In this document: in pieces, positions 59,456 to 64,000 of the stretch | How positions within the stretch are numbered: position 1 is the first letter of the stretch | Layout: every line of letters starts with the position of its first letter | Position numbers and translations under genes: made by a program | The notes under the pieces: generated by a model | What the model was told of the DNA's origin: nothing | The model's input: the letters and a program-made list of their open reading frames with translations, nothing else | Databases searched by the model: none | Assembly: GCA_963749495.1 (NCBI GenBank) | Contig: CAVVMW010000006.1 | Location: 800,001-864,000, forward strand | Length of the DNA: 64,000 nucleotides | Source of the DNA: an uncultured bacterium | GTDB lineage: Bacteria; Verrucomicrobiota; Verrucomicrobiia; Limisphaerales; UBA8199 | Direction: 5' to 3'

Positions 59456-59857
59456 CGCCGATCGGGTTCTGCTGGCAGGGTTACTGTAAGGGCGGGGCTG
59501 AAAAAGGAAAACCCAAACCGATGCGCGTGGGTGTGAGACAGAATGCTTCTTGGGCTGCCAGATCCCAGCTCTCAGAGCTGATCCGGGCCTTCGAGCCTTC
59601 GTTTCCTTCGTTTCCTTGTGTTCTCTTCCTGCGTCCCCCCGGCTGGGCACAGGAACAGAACAGAAGGAAACGAAGGAAACGAAGAGGCGGCCTGACGCGG
59701 CGGCATCGTTGTGGTCCGTGCCAGTTCCTCTCTGGATTCCTGGAGATCCTCTGTGATGAAAGCCCAGCAAAATCCATTTTGTGAAGTCCACCGCACATTG
59801 CACTCTGTTGCAGGCCAACGGCCTGCCTCAAGAAGCTCCCGGAGGATGAATCGCGCT

Positions 59858-59934
59858 TTCAGCGCTCCAGATGATTATTGGCGGCTGTTCCCAGGGCGTT
59901 GCCCTGGGCTGGTATGAGCGACGCCTTTGGCGTC
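59858..59934. repeat. REP-like palindrome
   Basis: CCCAGGGCGTTGCCCTGGG core with flanking TTCAGCGC / GCCTTTGGCGT. Confidence 0.6.
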
Positions 59935-60095
59935 CCGAGCACGCACCGCCGGTGCCGTCGTGCAGCAGAAGAATTCTGTCGTGCGCCCCCAGTTTTTTCG
60001 CCCACTTTTTTCTTCTTGGCTTTCAAAGAGTTGTAACATATCATCGCGGCGCAAGCTTGACGGGGAGACCTCTCTCCGCATCATTGCCGCCTTTT

Positions 60096-60575
60096 ATGAA
60101 AAAACGGGATAACCAACTGCCCAATCCGGCCGGCAGGACGAGGACCGCCAAACGGGCCTCGAAGGAATCGCCGGTGACACCGCCCGCGCAGGAGCAAGCC
60201 GCTGGCCGAAGCGCAGCGGAAGCCCCAGCCCGGCCGCAGCCCAAAGCGCCGCCGCCGCCGCCACCACCGGCCCCGGCCCCGCCGCCGCCCTCCGCCCCGC
60301 CAACCCCCGAAGCCGCCGCCGTGGCCTTCTCGCTCTTCGAGCCTCACGCGAAACAGGTGTGCCTTTGCGGCCAATTCAACAACTGGTCCCCCAAGGCCAA
60401 CCCGATGGCACGCCGTGGCGACGGGCATTGGCTGGCCACCCTCGCCCTCAAGCCGGGCCGCTACGAGTATAAATTCCTTGTCGATGGACAATGGATGGCG
60501 GACCCCGAGGCGAAGCAGAGCGTCTATAATATCCACGGGACGCTCAACTCGGTCGTGGAAGTCGTCCGCAAGTGA
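60096..60575 (+). CDS. Pro-rich linker plus glycogen-binding (CBM48/AMPK1_CBM) domain protein
   Basis: AKQVCLCGQFNNW..M..G.W..L.LKPGRYEYKFLVDGQW..DP. Confidence 0.88.
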   Translation: MKKRDNQLPNPAGRTRTAKRASKESPVTPPAQEQAAGRSAAEAPARPQPKAPPPPPPPAPAPPPPSAPPTPEAAAVAFSLFEPHAKQVCLCGQFNNWSPKANPMARRGDGHWLATLALKPGRYEYKFLVDGQWMADPEAKQSVYNIHGTLNSVVEVVRK

Positions 60576-60632
60576 ATAGTTGGTGAATAACTTTCCCTTG
60601 CCCGCGGCAGGGAGACGGCTTAGATAAGGAAC

Positions 60633-60752
60633 GGCGAGGCGAGACGCTGGGTCCGAGTACCGGCTTTGAGATCCATGTGCCGGGGCGTCAGGACATAATC
60701 CCGCTTGCGGGAGCGCCAATCTCTTTAGCGCCGCCTCGCCCTTTGTTTTTTT
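60633..60752 (+). ncRNA. Candidate structured ncRNA of about 110 nt
   Basis: TTGCCC-17-TAGATA upstream; GGCGAGGCG pairs with CGCCTCGCC; internal TCCCG-CTTG-CGGGA; followed by a T tract. Confidence 0.45.
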
Positions 60753-60840
60753 CAAAAGGCAGCTTGCATTGGGCCGCGTTTTGATTATCTTCCGCCGCTC
60801 CTGTCCCGGAGTGCCGGGCAATCCAGTTCAGCATAGCAGT

Positions 60841-61398
60841 ATGGCAACAGCAAATGACCTTCGCCGTGGCATGGCGATAAACTACAATGGTGACATCGTG
60901 GTGGTGTTGGACAGCCAGCACCGTACGCCCGGCAACCTGCGCGCCTTCGTGCAGGCGACCCTCCGCAGCATCCGCACCGGCAAGTCCTCGGACGTGCGGT
61001 TCAGCTCGACCGAGCGCCTCAACGTCATTCCCATGGTCACCCGCAAAATGGAATTCAGCTACAAGGACGGGGAGGACTTCGTCTTCTCCGATCCCGAGAC
61101 CTACGAGACGGTGACGCTCTCCCCGGAGACTGTCGGCGAGGCCAGGAATTACCTTGTGGAAAACGGGCCGGTGACCGTGACGTTCGTCGAGGAAAAGGCG
61201 GTGACCATCGAACTGCCGTCCAGCGTTGTGCTGACCGTTACCGATGCCCCCGGGGGCATCCGCGGCGATTCGGCCAACAATGTCCAGAAGGCGGTCGTCC
61301 TGGAAACCGGCATCACTGTCCAGGCCCCGCTCTTTATCAAGACGGGCGAAAAGATCAAGATCGATACCCGCACCGGCAAGTACATGGAGCGGGCGTGA
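60841..61398 (+). CDS. efp: Elongation factor P
   Basis: ANDLRRG, HRTPGNLRAFV, PGGIRGDSA, LETG..VQAPLFI..GE.IKIDTRTGKYMER. Confidence 0.96.
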   Translation: MATANDLRRGMAINYNGDIVVVLDSQHRTPGNLRAFVQATLRSIRTGKSSDVRFSSTERLNVIPMVTRKMEFSYKDGEDFVFSDPETYETVTLSPETVGEARNYLVENGPVTVTFVEEKAVTIELPSSVVLTVTDAPGGIRGDSANNVQKAVVLETGITVQAPLFIKTGEKIKIDTRTGKYMERA

Positions 61399-61512
61399 GA
61401 GGGTCGTAAGGGGTGGAGACAAGGAAGAAACGGCGCCATAGCGGGCCGCAGGCGCGGCGGTTCCCTGGCGGGCGCAGTTGTCTCCAGGCCGATGCACGGA
61501 GGCTTTCAGGAC

Positions 61513-61590
61513 CTTTGTCGCGGCCTTTGTCGAAACCTTTGTCCAAATCCGGCTGAGCTCGACAAAGGCTCCGACAAAGGCCGCGACAAA
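61513..61590. repeat. CTTTGTCG / CGACAAAG inverted tandem repeats
   Basis: Three TTTGTC units followed by three GACAAAG units. Confidence 0.75.
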
Positions 61591-61825
61591 GATACCAAAG
61601 TGATTTCCAGGCCCCGGCCGCACGAATGCGGCGTTCCAGGAGCGGTGTCGGAAGCGCCCTCTTTTCTTCCGCTCTGGAAAAGGGTTTGACAACCGTGGCC
61701 CGTGGTCTTAAATGAGGTTGACGCATGAGAAGCACCCCTATGTTGGCATGATGCCTGGCATTTTGCCATTTCGGGGGGTTCTACCGGAACCGACCAACAG
61801 ACCCAACGCAAGCGAAAGGAACGCT

Positions 61826-64000
61826 ATGTTACGTCCCCCACGATGTTTCCAAACTGGCCTGCTCCTGATGGCAGCGGCGCTGCCGTCCCAGGCAGGGAAT
61901 TTCTCGACCGACTTCAACAGCAGCCCGCCTGCCCCGCCTGCAGGGACGGCGGTTTATGGCAACGCGGTTATCGAGGGCACCGGCGGGGTCGGAGCCTCCG
62001 GCTGCCTCAAGCTGACCAAGGCGGTCAACAGCGAACAGGGCAGCTTCGTCCTGGATGACTTGGACGGCGGCGCGCAGATTTACGGCTTTGATGTCTCCTA
62101 CGATCTGCTGCTGGGGGGCGGCACGTTCAACTCCTGCGGACGGCATCAGCCTCTGCTTCGCGCCGGGCCTGCCGGCCGGGGCCTGGGGCGAGCGCGGGAC
62201 CGGCAGCGGCTGGATCTTCTTCATGGACACTTATGACAATGGGGCCGGCACGGAGACTCCGCGAGACCCTTCGATTACCGTGGTGTACGGGGGCACGCCG
62301 CTGGCGACGAGCCTCGAGACGATTGCCACGATCACCACCAATGCCTTTGTGCACGTCCACATCCGCCTGAATCCGGATGGCAGCTTGCTGTGGGAGTACC
62401 GGGGGCGAACCATTTTCACCAACCTGTTCGTTGGCGCCTACCAGGACTGGGTCAACGCCGGCTCGGGCGGCCAGTTTGGCTTTGGGGCCCGCACCGGGGG
62501 CCAGAACGAGAACGCGTTCGTGGATAACCTCCAGATCACCACCTTCACAACCCCGATGGTCGGCATCAGCCAGCAGCCGGTCTCGCAAACATTCCTGCAG
62601 GGCGACAATGCCTTCTTTGACGTGCGCATAGCCAATACCAATAACGTTGCTTACCAATGGTTCAAGAACAGCACTGCAATCCCCGGCGCCACCACCCAGA
62701 CCCTGACCCTTACCAACGTCCAGGCCGCCGACTCCGGCAGCAAATACAAGGTCACGGCCACCGGGCCCAATAATGCCGTCACCAGCACCGAGGTGACGCT
62801 GCCCGTGGCGAACCTCACGCTGCCCTCCACGCCTCAGCTTTCGTTCAACTTCGACGACGGCCTCACCCCGGCAGGGACCACCGTCCTCGGCTCGGGCACC
62901 GTCAACACCTCCGGCGGCGTGAGCAACTCCGGCTGCCTCGAGTTGACGACAGCCCAGAATTCCCAGAACGGCGCTTTCGTGATTTCTGACCCAAACGCCG
63001 GGGCGCCCGTCTATGGCTTTACCGCGCGTTTCAAGAGTTTCGTTGGAAACGGCACGACTCCGCCCGCCGACGGTTTCGCTTTTGCCTTCGGCAGCGATTT
63101 TCCGGCCGACCCAACCACCGCCTCGCCCAACGATTATGACAACGGCAACGGCCTGGGCACGGGACTGGTCGTGTCGTGGGATACGTACAATGCCGATTCG
63201 ATCTACGGGGTGAGCCCCCGAACCGAGCCTGTGCCCGCCCCATCGATTTCGGTCCACTACGGCGGCCAGCTCCTGGGCACGGTCCAGGAGCCCCTTTCCT
63301 TCATGATGAGCAATCTCAACCCGGACGGGACGCCGGCTTATGACGACACGGTCATCCAGTTGAATACGGACGGCACACTCAATGTGGTCTATCGCGGGGC
63401 GTTCGTGTTCGAGAACCTGCCGGTCCCGTCCTTTGCTTCGATCGCCGGCGGCAGCTTTGCCTTGGGCGCGCTCACTGGCGGGCTGAACGAGGACGCCTGG
63501 TTCGATAACCTCCAAATCACCTCCGTCACCACCCCGGGAGCGGTTCGCATCACGACCCAGCCCCTGAGCCAGACCATCCTGATCGGGCACGCGATGACCA
63601 ATACCGTCACCCTCAATAATGCCTCCGGCATTACGTATCAATGGTTCCGCGGCAGCGTTGCCATCACGGGCGCCACCAATAGCGTCTATGTCATCCCCGC
63701 CGTCGCCACCAATGATTCGGGCGCAGTCTTTGCGGTGCAGGCCACCCGGTCGAGTGTCACCGTCACCAGCGCCCCGGCAACGTTGACGGTTGCCTTCCTG
63801 GCGCCCCCGGCCAGCCCCCAATTCTCGTTCAATTTCGATGACGGACAGGTCCCGGCCGGCACGGGCGTTTATGGCAATGCCTTCGTCACCAACAGCGGGG
63901 GCGTGGGCGATTCGGGCTGCCTCCACATGACCGATGCGGTCCTCAGCGAAAACAGCGCTTTTGTGGTGAGCAATCTCGTGTTCAACGGCGCGCTAGTCAG
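61826..64000 (+). CDS. Large secreted protein with repeated lectin-like beta-sandwich plus Ig domains (frameshift near 62130; 3'-truncated)
   Basis: Signal peptide; three repeats of F.FDDG..PAGT.V.G..GGV..SGCL.LT; QP.SQT..YQWF Ig units; open to the window end. Confidence 0.85.

Noticed and set aside
60633..60752. SRP RNA, tRNA or Y RNA
   Set aside because: No GGAAGGAAGCAGC helix and no cloverleaf; the GGTCCGAG motif lacks its Y-RNA pairing partner.
2890..62140. Many frameshifted genes as genuine pseudogenes or recoding
   Set aside because: Single-base shifts hit a dozen unrelated genes, including asd, while both halves stay intact. Assembly indels explain this most simply.

Overview
64 kb of bacterial DNA, most likely Verrucomicrobiota (prepilin/H-X9-DG protein, RFYR-type C-terminal surface domains, PGN-type EF-P, many REP/MITE-like palindromes). 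Single-base frameshifts are frequent, including in asd, so many are probably assembly indels. About 1-41,400 is accessory or mobile DNA in five parts. (1) A FIST/multi-GAF histidine kinase - REC - sigma54 activator - phosphotransferase operon. (2) An HU plus histone-like pair and a sigma-like gene. (3) A long ICE/plasmid leading-region-like run: PD-(D/E)XK nuclease, DUF1281, RadC, WGR-DNA ligase, beta clamp, DUF3150/1257/2997. It is punctuated by a family of covarying hairpins and by antisense cargo genes, one of which is a predicted UxxC selenoprotein with a SECIS-like hairpin. (4) A four-gene IS21 element. (5) A defence cluster of a Zn-ribbon/HEPN gene and a higB-higA(IrrE)-druA-nurA operon, cut at the nurA stop by a DUF4338-ISAs1 element. 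About 41,700-64,000 is higher-GC core genome: sufD-U-T-S, asd, dacB (split by a MITE), rsmD, an oxidoreductase, an 801-aa orphan, wza/wzc, vapBC, tgt, an MBL hydrolase, a CBM48 protein, a candidate ~110-nt ncRNA, efp and a large surface protein. The best novelty candidates are the DruA-NurA operon, the mobile selenoprotein and the hairpin-punctuated leading region. All calls come from reading the sequence; no searches were run.
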